From Alphaproteobacteria bacterium (GTDB lineage: Bacteria; Pseudomonadota; Alphaproteobacteria; SMXQ01), in the NCBI GenBank assembly GCA_009380075.1, contig WHSO01000007.1:14099-78098 (forward strand): a stretch of DNA of 64,000 bases, written 5' to 3'. A program made the position numbers and the translations under genes. Under the pieces are notes generated by a model. That model was not told the origin of the DNA and did not search any database. It worked only from the letters and a program-made list of their open reading frames with translations. Below, one piece after another: positions 1-8,827 of the stretch (position 1 is its first letter; each line of letters opens with the position of its first letter).

Positions 1-642
1 CCGTCGAACGAGGTCAGCACCTGTGCCTCCTGGCACACCTCGAAGATCAAGGTCGCCGACGACCTGCGCAAGCACGAGCTGATCGTCGGCTCCACCGGCG
101 CGGCCTCGGTCGCCTCCGTCTTTCCCAGGATCTTCAACTCCGTGCTGGGCACGAAGTTCAAGGTCATCCTCGGCTACACCAACAGCGTGACCGCGCTGAA
201 GGCGATGGAGCAGGGTGAGACCCAGGGCTTCTGTGCCTGGGGCTGGGTGCCAATGCTGTCCAAGCACGCCGACTGGTATCGCGACAAGAAGATCAATGTC
301 CTGTTCCAGATCGGGCTCGCCAAGCACCCGGACCACCCGGACGTGCCCCTGGTGCTCGACATGGCCAAGACTCCCGAGGATCGCGACGTGCTCGAGTTCA
401 TTGTCGCGCCGCAGACCTTCGCGCGGCCTTTCGCCGCCCCGCCCGCCCTGCCGGCGGATCGCGCCGCCGCCCTGCAGCGGGCCTTCAACGCCACGGTCAA
501 GGACAAGGAATTCGTCGCCGACGCCACCAAGCAGAAGCTGGAAATCCAGCTCGTGACCGGCGAGGAAACCCTGAATATCCTGAAGAAGCTCTACAAGACG
601 TCGCCCGCCATCGTGGCGCGTGCCAAGGCGGCCATGAAGTAG
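1..642 (+). CDS. periplasmic solute-binding protein, C-terminal part (5-prime truncated by window edge)
   Basis: Frame 1 is open from nt 1 and continuous with ORF 142..642. The translation has the general look of a transporter substrate-binding protein C-terminal lobe. The family is not securely recognised. Confidence 0.4.
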   Translation, partial: PSNEVSTCASWHTSKIKVADDLRKHELIVGSTGAASVASVFPRIFNSVLGTKFKVILGYTNSVTALKAMEQGETQGFCAWGWVPMLSKHADWYRDKKINVLFQIGLAKHPDHPDVPLVLDMAKTPEDRDVLEFIVAPQTFARPFAAPPALPADRAAALQRAFNATVKDKEFVADATKQKLEIQLVTGEETLNILKKLYKTSPAIVARAKAAMK

Positions 643-692
643 CTACAATACATTAGTGCGGCACCGACAGGCAGCCGATATAGGAGGTTCCC

Positions 693-1193
693 ATGAGCAG
701 TACCGAAGTCCAGATGTCGCCCGCGGAGGAAGCCCGCCACCGTGAAGCGGAAAGCAAGGTCCAGAGCTACAAGTACGTGCGGCCGGATATCCCCGGAAGC
801 TCGAACAAGGGGCTCGTACGCCTGTGCGGCACCGGTATGACCAAGGGCATCGTCCAGATCATCCAGGAGGGCGGCGAGAACACCCTCCATTACCACGACG
901 GCATGGACAGCTTCTGGATGGTGCTGAAGGGCCGGGTGCGGTTCTACGGTCCCGGCGACAAGCTGATCGGCGAATACGGGCCGATGGAAGGGCTGATCAC
1001 GCCCGCGGGCGCGCGCTACTGGTTCGAGAAGGCGTCGGACGACGACCTCGAACTGCTCCAGGTCGCGTCCTACGAACAGGACGCCAGCAAGTCCCGCCGC
1101 ATTGCCGTCGACGGCGACAAGCCCAAGTCGAACCGCAACCAGTGGTTCGACGGCCAGAACGACAACGCCCCCATCGACAAGACCCAGGTGTGA
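693..1193 (+). CDS. cupin domain protein
   Basis: ATG at 693 preceded by an AGGAGG RBS. Cupin beta-barrel motif (HYHDGMDSFWMVLKGRVRFYGPGD). Paralog of 14190..14702. Confidence 0.7.
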   Translation: MSSTEVQMSPAEEARHREAESKVQSYKYVRPDIPGSSNKGLVRLCGTGMTKGIVQIIQEGGENTLHYHDGMDSFWMVLKGRVRFYGPGDKLIGEYGPMEGLITPAGARYWFEKASDDDLELLQVASYEQDASKSRRIAVDGDKPKSNRNQWFDGQNDNAPIDKTQV

Positions 1194-1810
1194 ACGACCC
1201 GCGAGCCGACGGAGAAGGCCGCTTCGGCGCGGCCATCGCGGCGATCGACGCGGTCAACGCCGGAGACCCGGCGCGTGAGCCGGCCCACGGCGCCGCCGGG
1301 GGGGAGCCGATGCCCTCGGCGGTTCTCTACGGCCAGCGTATGAGCGCGTGGCTGCTGCGCCTTGCCCCCGACGCGCCGGAAGAATTGCGTCTCGCCGCGC
1401 GCGCCCAGCACATCGCGCGCTGGAAGATTCCGCGTAGCACGTATCCCGCCGGCCGCGACGGCTACCTCGCGTGGCGGACGAAGCTGGCGCAATTCCATGC
1501 CGAAACGGCGGGGAAGATCCTGGCCGAGGCGGGCTACGGCCCGGACACGGTCGCGCGGGTGAATGATCTCCTACGCAAGCGTGGACTGAAGCGCGATCCC
1601 GACGTCCAGACTCTGGAGGACGCCGCCTGCCTGGTCTTTCTTGAGACCCAGTTCGCGGCCTTCGCGTCCAGGCATCCCGACGACAAGATCGTCGATATCC
1701 TGCGCAAGACGGCGGTGAAGATGTCGCCGCGGGGGCTCAGGGAAGCGGCCCGCCTGGCCGAACGCCTTCCCGACGGTCCGCGTGCCCTGGTGGCGCGGGC
1801 GCTGGGGTGA
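1190..1810 (+). CDS. DUF4202 family protein
   Basis: GTG at 1190 overlaps the cupin stop (GTGA). The translation (RFGAAIAAIDAVNAGDP ... LYGQRMSAWLLRL ... HIARWKIPRSTYP ... LEDAACLVFLE) matches the conserved DUF4202 pattern. An alternative ATG at 1304 would cut off the conserved N-terminus. Confidence 0.6.
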   Translation: MNDPRADGEGRFGAAIAAIDAVNAGDPAREPAHGAAGGEPMPSAVLYGQRMSAWLLRLAPDAPEELRLAARAQHIARWKIPRSTYPAGRDGYLAWRTKLAQFHAETAGKILAEAGYGPDTVARVNDLLRKRGLKRDPDVQTLEDAACLVFLETQFAAFASRHPDDKIVDILRKTAVKMSPRGLREAARLAERLPDGPRALVARALG

Positions 1811-2552
1811 GAGTGGCCGCCCGGCTGTCGGTGTCGATGCCCGCGATCTCGCGCACCAGTTTCGCCAGCACGGCCTGGCGGAACTCGGTTTCCTTGTCGG
1901 CGGTGATGACGAAGGCGCCGGGGCCGCCGATCACCGAGACGCGATAGTATTCGTCGAACGGGCCGTAGAACGCCCGCCGGCGCAGGAGGGCGAGGCCGTT
2001 GATGGTGATCCCCGACGCCACCACCGCGTCGCGGATCGGCTCGACCGGGCGTCCCCGCGTATTCGGCCCGTCCCCGGATACGTCGATGACCCGGCGTTCG
2101 CCGCGATAGGTGTTGGCGTGGATCTGCTGGGCGGCGAAGGCCACCGCGTCGCCGATGGCGTTGCCGCCCGGGCAATGGACGCGCGGCGCCGCCATGATGG
2201 CGTTGGCGAAGGCCTGCGCCGAGGCGGCATCGGAAATCCGCATCCAGTTGACCGAGATCGTTTCGCAGCCGACCGAGGCCCATTCCAGGAACATCACCGC
2301 GACGGCGCCGTGCCGGCCCGAGCGGATGGCGCCGACCGCGCGCGGATGCGTGATGGCGCTGGCCCAGCCGCCGCGCTGGAGATGGGCCTCGTCGTCGTCG
2401 ATGGAACCCGATGAATCGACCGCCAGCACCAGTTCGAGGTCGACCGTGGCGGAATCCTGCGCGGGCGCCCGGGCAGGGGCCGTGAACAGCACGACCGCGA
2501 CGAAGATCGCTCCCATCATGGACCCGATCATCCGCCGCCGTTTCGATTCCAT
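1737..2552 (-). CDS. DUF1194 domain (vWA-like) secreted protein
   Basis: N-terminal signal peptide. TVDLELVLAVDSSGSIDDDE motif typical of DUF1194. GGGAGG RBS upstream of the ATG at 2552. Confidence 0.6.
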   Translation of the reverse strand: MESKRRRMIGSMMGAIFVAVVLFTAPARAPAQDSATVDLELVLAVDSSGSIDDDEAHLQRGGWASAITHPRAVGAIRSGRHGAVAVMFLEWASVGCETISVNWMRISDAASAQAFANAIMAAPRVHCPGGNAIGDAVAFAAQQIHANTYRGERRVIDVSGDGPNTRGRPVEPIRDAVVASGITINGLALLRRRAFYGPFDEYYRVSVIGGPGAFVITADKETEFRQAVLAKLVREIAGIDTDSRAATLTPAPAPPGHADRREGVRPGGPLP

Positions 2553-2628
2553 CGTCGCCTCCCGCCCGATCTTACAGAATTTCCGCGGTTTAAATTGGTT
2601 AACAAATGAATCGTAAAGTCACATGTCA

Positions 2629-2644
2629 TTAACGCTGTGTTAAC
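2629..2644. promoter_or_regulatory. CtrA-box-like motif TTAA-N7-TTAAC in the divergent promoter region
   Basis: Sequence TTAAcgctgtgTTAAC read directly. A second GTTAAC half site lies at 2598..2603. Confidence 0.4.
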
Positions 2645-2715
2645 TTTTTTTCGGCATTCTGAACGCGATCTTCAAAAGCCGAACATCAACGGCATAGGTT
2701 CAGGGGGCGGAAATC

Positions 2716-3069
2716 ATGGACATCGGCGAAATCCGCCGGGACGGGACAAGGGAACGGCGGCGGCATCCCCGCCGGCGCGTCGCTATCCGCGCCTTTCTCG
2801 AAGTGCCGCCCCGCGCCGCGCAGCCGTGCAAGGTCTACAACGTGTCGGTTGGCAACGCCCTGGTCGGAACGGCCCAGCCGCTCCACCTGGACCAGCCCGT
2901 CGTGCTTCACGTCGAATCCTTCGGCTCCATCGCCGGGCACGTCGCCCGCGTGACGTCGACCACCGTCGCCATCGCCTTTACCGGGGTCAACGCGCGGGCG
3001 CTCGCGGACTTCATCATCGTCAACGACGACTCCGACGCGGAGCCGGGGAACATGAGCCCCGCCGCCTGA
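2716..3069 (+). CDS. PilZ domain protein (putative c-di-GMP receptor)
   Basis: RRHPRRR (RxxxR) followed by NVSVGNALV (D/NxSxxG), the two halves of the PilZ c-di-GMP binding signature. 117 aa single-domain protein. Confidence 0.55.
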   Translation: MDIGEIRRDGTRERRRHPRRRVAIRAFLEVPPRAAQPCKVYNVSVGNALVGTAQPLHLDQPVVLHVESFGSIAGHVARVTSTTVAIAFTGVNARALADFIIVNDDSDAEPGNMSPAA

Positions 3070-3107
3070 AGGGCCTGTCGCCCGCGCCCCCTGTGCGCCG
3101 GGCGCCA

Positions 3108-4022
3108 TTACGCCCACGGCGGCATGCGGAAGGTTTCGGCCAGAAAGTCGATCATCAGCCGCGACTTCATCGGCAGCAGGTTGCGGTGGGGGAAGATCAC
3201 CGAGACCTGTTCCTCCGCCACCTCGCAGTCGCCCATGACCCGCACCAGCGCGCCGGAACGAAGATCGGCGCCGACGCAATAGGTCGGCAGCAGCGCGAGG
3301 CCCGCGCCTTCCAGGGCGGCCTGGCGCAGCGCCATGACGCTGTTGACGACGATGCTGCCCTTGAGCCGGACCGGGTAGGCGCGGCCGTCGCGGAGGAACG
3401 TCCAGGTTGCCGCCGTCGGTACCGTCAGCGAACGATAGTGCAGCAGGCACTCATGATCCTTGAGGCCGCCCGGTTCCGTCGGCGCGCCGCGGGCCTTCAG
3501 GTACGCGGGCGCGGCGCAGAGCATCCAGCGTATGGCGCAGAGGCGGCGCGACACCAGGCTCGAATCCGCCTGGGCGGTGAGCCGGATGCCGAGGTCGAAG
3601 CCCTGTTCGACCAGATCGACCGAACGCAGCGACAGGTCGGTCAGCAGCAGCGATACGCCGATGTTGGGATGAAGCCGGGAAAAGTCGGCCACGACCTTGC
3701 CCAGGTAGAGGCTGCCGAAGGACTTCGGCGCCATGATCTTGAGCATGCCTTCGGCCTCGCGCTGGCGCAGGCCGATCGCCGCCTCCGCGTCGCGGATTTC
3801 CGCCAGCACCCGGGTGCAGAAGGAAAAGTACTCCTCGCCCACCTCGGTGGTGCTGACCCGCCGGGTGGTGCGGTTGAGCAGCCGGGCACCGAGATGGTCT
3901 TCGAGCTGCATGACGTACTTGGTCACCACGGCGCGGCTGACGCCGAGGCTGTCGGCGGCGGCGGCGTAGGATCGCCCGCGCACCACCGCGGTGAAGGCCT
4001 GCATGGCTTTGAAGCTATCCAT
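3108..4022 (-). CDS. LysR family transcriptional regulator
   Basis: N-terminal HTH (MDSFKAMQAFTAVVRGRSYAAAADSLGVSRAVVTKYVMQLEDHLGARLLNRTTR) and a LysR substrate-binding domain. Divergent from 4275..5387. Confidence 0.85.
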   Translation of the reverse strand: MDSFKAMQAFTAVVRGRSYAAAADSLGVSRAVVTKYVMQLEDHLGARLLNRTTRRVSTTEVGEEYFSFCTRVLAEIRDAEAAIGLRQREAEGMLKIMAPKSFGSLYLGKVVADFSRLHPNIGVSLLLTDLSLRSVDLVEQGFDLGIRLTAQADSSLVSRRLCAIRWMLCAAPAYLKARGAPTEPGGLKDHECLLHYRSLTVPTAATWTFLRDGRAYPVRLKGSIVVNSVMALRQAALEGAGLALLPTYCVGADLRSGALVRVMGDCEVAEEQVSVIFPHRNLLPMKSRLMIDFLAETFRMPPWA

Positions 4023-4274
4023 GGCGCTGCCCGTTGAGGTCCGTCTCTCTCGCCATTGTGGCCCAGACTATTTACGAATCGCAAATAGTGATTTTCTAAA
4101 CGCGTCATGGAATGCCCCGGGCCGCTGGCCTAGGATTGCCCTTGGCCGCCTCGACTGGGACGCGCGCGGCCAAGGATTTCCGGCGTCAGACAGGCCCGCC
4201 CGGACCCCATGGGAGGGGGATGGCAGGGCGTCAGGCGTATGCCTCATCCGGCCGATCACAGGAGACCAGCAGCC

Positions 4275-5387
4275 ATGACCATGACCATCGATCTCGATTC
4301 GCACCTGCGCGAGGAATACTTCCTCGACGAGGTCTACAAGCTCGACGGCGAACTCGCCGAAAAGACGCCGAAGAAGGTGGGCTCCGGCAAGTACCCCATC
4401 GACAACCAGTACGAGTATGCCTTCTTCCCGTGGACCAAGCGCGAGGAGCAGTCCTACAACCACGACTGGGTCTATCATCCGGACTACAACTACATGGACG
4501 GTGAGATGGCGGCGCGCCAGGTTGGCGGCTACGACATGAAGGTGCGCATGCAGCACAACGCGCGCGCCCAGGTCGACAAGCAGTTCATCTTCCCGACCGG
4601 CATCACCAACGCCGCCCAGGCGCCGGGCAAGCTCGGCGCGGCGCTGGCGCGGGCCTACAACAACTGGGTCTTCAACCTGTGCAAGGACTACAAGGGCATC
4701 CTGTTCCCCATCGGCGTCATGCCGGCGGGCTGCCCCGAGGCGATGGCGGCGGAGGCCGAATACTGCGTCAAGACGCTCGGCATGCAGGCGCTCCACATGG
4801 CCTGCTTCACCCGCGAGCACACCATGGACGATCCCGCGTTCGAGGATTTCTACGCCATGGTGTCGAAGCTCGACGTGCCGATCTTCTCGCACCCGAACTC
4901 GCGCGGGCCATCCCAGAGCCGGTTCAAGACCTTCACCCAGATCCACGCGCTCGGCCGGCCGTTCAACAGTTGCATGGTGCTGATGGCGATGCTTCTGGGC
5001 GGCGTCTTCGACCGCCACCCGAACCTCAAGGTCGTGTTCTTCGAGTGCTCGGCGGAATGGCCGATGTACTGGATGCATCGCATGGACGACGACCACAAGT
5101 TCACCGACGGCGAGATCTTCAAGCAGCACGGCATGGGCCAGATCGAGCACATGCCGTCCTACTACATGAAGAAAAACTGCTTCTACACCTGCGAATCGGA
5201 CGAGAAGTACCTCGGCCGCGCGATCGAGGAGATGGGCCTGTCCCAGATCCTGTTCGCCTCCGACTACCCGCACTTCGATTCCGAATATCCGAACACCGTG
5301 CCGGACATCAAGGCGCGGACCGACATCACCGCGTCGCAGAAGGAAATGATCCTCTGCAAGAACGCCGAGGCGCTGCTGGGCTGGTAG
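4275..5387 (+). CDS. amidohydrolase 2 family protein (metal-dependent hydrolase/decarboxylase fold)
   Basis: ATG at 4275 with a GGAG RBS. Conserved amidohydrolase_2 segments (LFASDYPHFDSEYP, HPN, FFECSAEWP). Confidence 0.75.
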   Translation: MTMTIDLDSHLREEYFLDEVYKLDGELAEKTPKKVGSGKYPIDNQYEYAFFPWTKREEQSYNHDWVYHPDYNYMDGEMAARQVGGYDMKVRMQHNARAQVDKQFIFPTGITNAAQAPGKLGAALARAYNNWVFNLCKDYKGILFPIGVMPAGCPEAMAAEAEYCVKTLGMQALHMACFTREHTMDDPAFEDFYAMVSKLDVPIFSHPNSRGPSQSRFKTFTQIHALGRPFNSCMVLMAMLLGGVFDRHPNLKVVFFECSAEWPMYWMHRMDDDHKFTDGEIFKQHGMGQIEHMPSYYMKKNCFYTCESDEKYLGRAIEEMGLSQILFASDYPHFDSEYPNTVPDIKARTDITASQKEMILCKNAEALLGW

Positions 5388-5496
5388 ATTTTTCGGTTTG
5401 ATTTCCCGGGCGGGCCCCCTGCGGGGCCCGCTTCTTTTTTGGGCCTTCACCTGCTACCGTGGCGGCCAACGAGAACTGGCGACGGGGAGAGGGAAC

Positions 5497-6210
5497 ATGG
5501 CGGGGGAAATCGAACTTCAGGTGGACGGCGGGCCGATGCGGGCCCTGTTCGAAAAGCCCAAGGGCACAGGGCCGTTTCCGGGCATCGTCGTCTGTTTCCA
5601 CATGGGCGGGCTCGACGTTTTCGAGCACTGGCTGGTCGAGGACCTCGCCCGCCAGGGATTCGCCGCCATCGCGCCGGACCATTACCACTGGCTGCCGCCG
5701 GGATTCCCCATCGAGCGCCGGCGCGAGATCCTGACCGACAAGGGTCTCGCCATGGACCTCGCGGTGTCGCGCAGTTATCTCGAATGCCTCGACGAGGTCA
5801 ATGGCGACCGCTTGGGTATCCTCGGCCATTGCATGGGCGGACGCACGACGCTGCTCGGCGTCGGCGTCGACAAGCGCTACAAGGCGGGCTGCGTCTGGTA
5901 CGGCGGCAGTGCCTTCAAACCGCTGGGGGAGGGGCCGTCGCCGGTCGACCGCATCCCCAACATCGCCGCCAAGGTCATGGGCTTCTTCGGCAACGACGAC
6001 AAGAACCCGTCGCCCGACGACGTGAACCGGATCGATGCGGCGATGACGGCGGCCGGCATCGCGCACGAATTCCACCGCTACGACAAGACCGGCCACGGTT
6101 TCATGAACCCCCACGGGCGCAGCTACGTCGAATCCTCGGCTAGGGATTCCTGGGCCCGCGCGTCGGCCTTCCTCAAGCAGACGCTCGGCGTGAAAGCGAC
6201 TGCGAGTTAG
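5497..6210 (+). CDS. dienelactone hydrolase family protein
   Basis: ATG at 5497 with a GAGGG RBS. Nucleophile motif GHCMGG and C-terminal His (HGF). Confidence 0.8.
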   Translation: MAGEIELQVDGGPMRALFEKPKGTGPFPGIVVCFHMGGLDVFEHWLVEDLARQGFAAIAPDHYHWLPPGFPIERRREILTDKGLAMDLAVSRSYLECLDEVNGDRLGILGHCMGGRTTLLGVGVDKRYKAGCVWYGGSAFKPLGEGPSPVDRIPNIAAKVMGFFGNDDKNPSPDDVNRIDAAMTAAGIAHEFHRYDKTGHGFMNPHGRSYVESSARDSWARASAFLKQTLGVKATAS

Positions 6211-6221
6211 GGGAGGCCGCC

Positions 6222-6938
6222 GTGATCCGCTTCACCACCCTCACCGCGGGCGGCGCTCCCATGACGGCGCTGGTCGGGCTTCCCGACAACACCGACAAGC
6301 CGTGCCCGGCGCTGGTGCTGATGCCGCACCGCAACGGCATCGACCGCTACACCATCGACCGGGTGGAGCGGCTGGCGGCGGAGGGCATCGCTTCGGTCGC
6401 GCCCGACGTCTATCACCGCCAGCCGATGACGGTGCCGACGACAGCCGGTAAGGATCAGCTCGACGATAATGAGATCGAGGCCGATATCGGCGCCGCGCTC
6501 GCCTTCCTCAAGGCCGACGCGCGGGTGGACAACGGGCGCATCGGCATGATGGGTCATTGCCAGGGCGGGCGTACGGCGCTGGTCGGGTTGGTGACCTACC
6601 CGGACGATTTCTGCGTGGGCTGCATCTATTACGGCGGGTCGATCTTCAAGCGCATGGGCGGGCCAGGCCCGGCGCCCTTCGACCGCATGGGCGTGATCGG
6701 GTGCCCGATCGCGGGCTTCTTCGGTAACGAGGACCAGAACCCGTCCCCCGCCGACGTCGACAGGTTCGACGCGGAACTGACGCGCCTCAACATCCCCCAC
6801 GAATTCCACCGCTACGACGGTGCCGGTCACGCCTTCCAGGACTTCACCGACAAGCGCCGCAGCCGCGAGCCCCAGGGCGCCCAGGCATGGGAGACGACCC
6901 TCGAATTCCTGCGCCGCGAGCTACGTCCGGCGGCTTGA
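6222..6938 (+). CDS. dienelactone hydrolase family protein (tandem paralog)
   Basis: GTG at 6222 with a GGGGAGG RBS. GHCQGG nucleophile motif. Clearly homologous to 5497..6210. Confidence 0.8.
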   Translation: MIRFTTLTAGGAPMTALVGLPDNTDKPCPALVLMPHRNGIDRYTIDRVERLAAEGIASVAPDVYHRQPMTVPTTAGKDQLDDNEIEADIGAALAFLKADARVDNGRIGMMGHCQGGRTALVGLVTYPDDFCVGCIYYGGSIFKRMGGPGPAPFDRMGVIGCPIAGFFGNEDQNPSPADVDRFDAELTRLNIPHEFHRYDGAGHAFQDFTDKRRSREPQGAQAWETTLEFLRRELRPAA

Positions 6939-7184
6939 GGGGCCGGCGGGCCGGGGGTCGGCGGGCCGGGGGCGGAAGGATTGTTCCATGCCGGCCGCGC
7001 GCAGGATCTTGTTGGCGGCCTCCGCCGACACCACGGGGTAGGGTACGGTGAATTCGCGGTTGAGGTGCGGCGTGAACCAGATTTCCGCGCCGGGGTCGAT
7101 GCCGTCGCGCACGGGGTGACATCCGGCCATCTCCAGCCGTTCGCGCAGGGCCATCTCGATCCGGCCGCGGGGGATGACGGTCAT
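6921..7184 (-). CDS. hypothetical small protein, possibly HicA/YcfA-like
   Basis: 88 aa from ATG at 7184 (AAGGG 8 nt upstream). Weak pattern resemblance to the HicA fold (G.hpVRdG...F..P.....TVP.P..........iLraaG). No partner antitoxin gene recognised. Confidence 0.3.
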   Translation of the reverse strand: MTVIPRGRIEMALRERLEMAGCHPVRDGIDPGAEIWFTPHLNREFTVPYPVVSAEAANKILRAAGMEQSFRPRPADPRPAGPSSRRT

Positions 7185-7263
7185 GGTTGTACCCTTGTTC
7201 TCATCGCGGCAGTCTAGCCCGTTTCCGTTACCCGGCAAAATCGCCCTGGTTTAGGATGTCGCC

Positions 7264-8181
7264 ATGAGTCTTCGCATCGCATCGCTGCTGCCTTCAGCCA
7301 CGGAAATCGTCGCCGCGCTGGGCGCCTTCGACGAGCTCATCGCGCGGTCCCACGAATGCGACTTCCCCGAGGGCGTCGAACGCCTGCCGGTGCTGACCGA
7401 GGCGAAGATCGATGCCTCCGGCTCTTCCGCCGACATCCACGCCCGCATGGAATCGGCGGCGCGGGAGGCGCTTTCGGTCTACCGCGTCGACGTGGAACAC
7501 ATGCGCCGCCTCGCACCCGATGTGGTGGTGACCCAGGCCCAGTGCGAGGTCTGTGCCGTGTCGGAGGACGACGTGCGCGCGGTGCTGGCGGGGTGGGACG
7601 GCGCCGCGCCGCGCCTCGTCAGCCTGAAGGCGGAGAACCTCGCCGGCGTCTATGACGACATCCGCGCCGTGGCCGAGGCGCTGGGACGTGCCGAGGCGGG
7701 CGCCGCGGCGGCAACGGCCATGGAGGACCGCGTCCGGCGCATCGCGCTCGCGGCCTCCGACGCCACCTGGAAGCCGCGGGTGCTCCTGGTCGAATGGATC
7801 GAGCCGCTGATGGCCGGCGGCAACTGGATGCCCGAGCTGGTGGAGCTGGCGGGGGCGGAAAACCTGCTGTCTGAGGCGGGCAAGCATTCCCCCTGGATCG
7901 CGTGGGAGGATATCCGCGCCGCCGATCCCGATGCCATCCTCGTCGCGCCCTGCGGCTTCGACATCGCCCGCAGCCTGGCGGACATGCCCGCGCTGACTTC
8001 AAGGCCCGGCTGGGGCGACCTCGCCGCGGTGCGCGCCGGTCGCGTCGCCGTCGCCGACGGCAACGCCTATTTCAACCGGCCGGGCCCGCGCCTGGTCGAG
8101 ACGCTGGAAATCCTCGCCGAGTTCCTGCATCCGGAGGTCTTCGACTTCGGCCACGTGGGCAGCACGTTTCAGCGCCTCTAG
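7264..8181 (+). CDS. TroA/BtuF-like cobalamin- or metal-binding protein (ABC substrate-binding fold)
   Basis: 305 aa. Resembles class-III periplasmic binding proteins annotated as cobalamin-binding. No clear signal peptide. Confidence 0.5.
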   Translation: MSLRIASLLPSATEIVAALGAFDELIARSHECDFPEGVERLPVLTEAKIDASGSSADIHARMESAAREALSVYRVDVEHMRRLAPDVVVTQAQCEVCAVSEDDVRAVLAGWDGAAPRLVSLKAENLAGVYDDIRAVAEALGRAEAGAAAATAMEDRVRRIALAASDATWKPRVLLVEWIEPLMAGGNWMPELVELAGAENLLSEAGKHSPWIAWEDIRAADPDAILVAPCGFDIARSLADMPALTSRPGWGDLAAVRAGRVAVADGNAYFNRPGPRLVETLEILAEFLHPEVFDFGHVGSTFQRL

Positions 8182-8633
8182 GCGATCTTCGCGAGGTCCT
8201 TGAGCGCTTCCGCCGGGTGTCCTGCCGCGTCCGCCACGGTCCAGGTCCTGGCCACCTTGCCGTCGGCGCCGATCAGCACCGAGATGCGCGACGGGCGCTC
8301 CTGGTCCGCCGATTCGAGAGCGCCGTAGGCGGTGCAGACCTCGCGCCCGGTGTCCGACAGCAGCTCCGAAGCGAGTCCGACCTCCGAGCCCCAGGCCTTG
8401 AGGTCCGCCGCCGTCGAGGTGGTGATGCCGAGCACGACCGCTTTTTTCCCGGCGTAATCGGCGGCGCGGTCGCGGAAGCTGCAGGCCTGCTTGGTGCAGT
8501 TGCCGCCGTAGGCGCGCGGGAAGAACCACAGCAGCACCGGCCGGCCGGCGTAGTCCGCGAGGCTGACCGTGCGGCCCGACGCGGCGTGGAGCGTGAAGGC
8601 GGGCGGGGTACTTCCGATCCGGGGCAATGGCAT
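8178..8633 (-). CDS. peroxiredoxin (Bcp-type, AhpC/TSA family)
   Basis: ATG at 8633 with a GGGAGG RBS. 152 aa thioredoxin-fold protein with the peroxidatic Cys in a CTKQACSFRD context. Confidence 0.8.
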   Translation of the reverse strand: MPLPRIGSTPPAFTLHAASGRTVSLADYAGRPVLLWFFPRAYGGNCTKQACSFRDRAADYAGKKAVVLGITTSTAADLKAWGSEVGLASELLSDTGREVCTAYGALESADQERPSRISVLIGADGKVARTWTVADAAGHPAEALKDLAKIA

Positions 8634-8827
8634 GGCGGCCTCCCTGTTGCCGATGGGACGATGCGGCCCCGTCTTGCGCGGGGAGCGGGACCAAACATAG
8701 CGCGCGGGATCGTTCGGGTCACGACCGGATGCGCGGCCGCACGGCGGCGGGCTTGCGTTGACAGGGCCGGCCCCAGGCCCGATCATCCGGGAAATCAGAA
8801 GAAAGCCCCCCAGGGAGTTCCCCCAAA

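Noticed and set aside
142-642. Treating ORF 142..642 as a complete gene starting at GTG 142
   Set aside because: The same frame is open all the way to nt 1, so the gene is a 5-prime-truncated fragment of a larger binding-protein gene.
824-1189. 5-prime part of the long ORF 824..1810 in another frame over the cupin gene
   Set aside because: Arg/Pro-rich translation typical of an out-of-frame read of high-GC coding DNA. Only the 1190..1810 portion matches a known family.
1534-2616. Overlapping ORFs 1534..2283(-), 1782..2414(+), 1931..2230(-) and 2110..2616(+)
   Set aside because: Shadow ORFs of the DUF1194 gene. Low-complexity Arg/Gly/Pro translations with no start signals.
2637-4037. 466-aa ORF on the plus strand across the PilZ and LysR genes
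   Set aside because: Antisense to a clearly recognisable LysR regulator. Composition-driven.
4068-6114. ORFs 4068..5450(-) and 5326..6114(-) antisense to the amidohydrolase and dienelactone hydrolase genes
   Set aside because: No family resemblance. Repetitive Arg/Val/His-rich translations. The sense strand encodes well-conserved enzymes.
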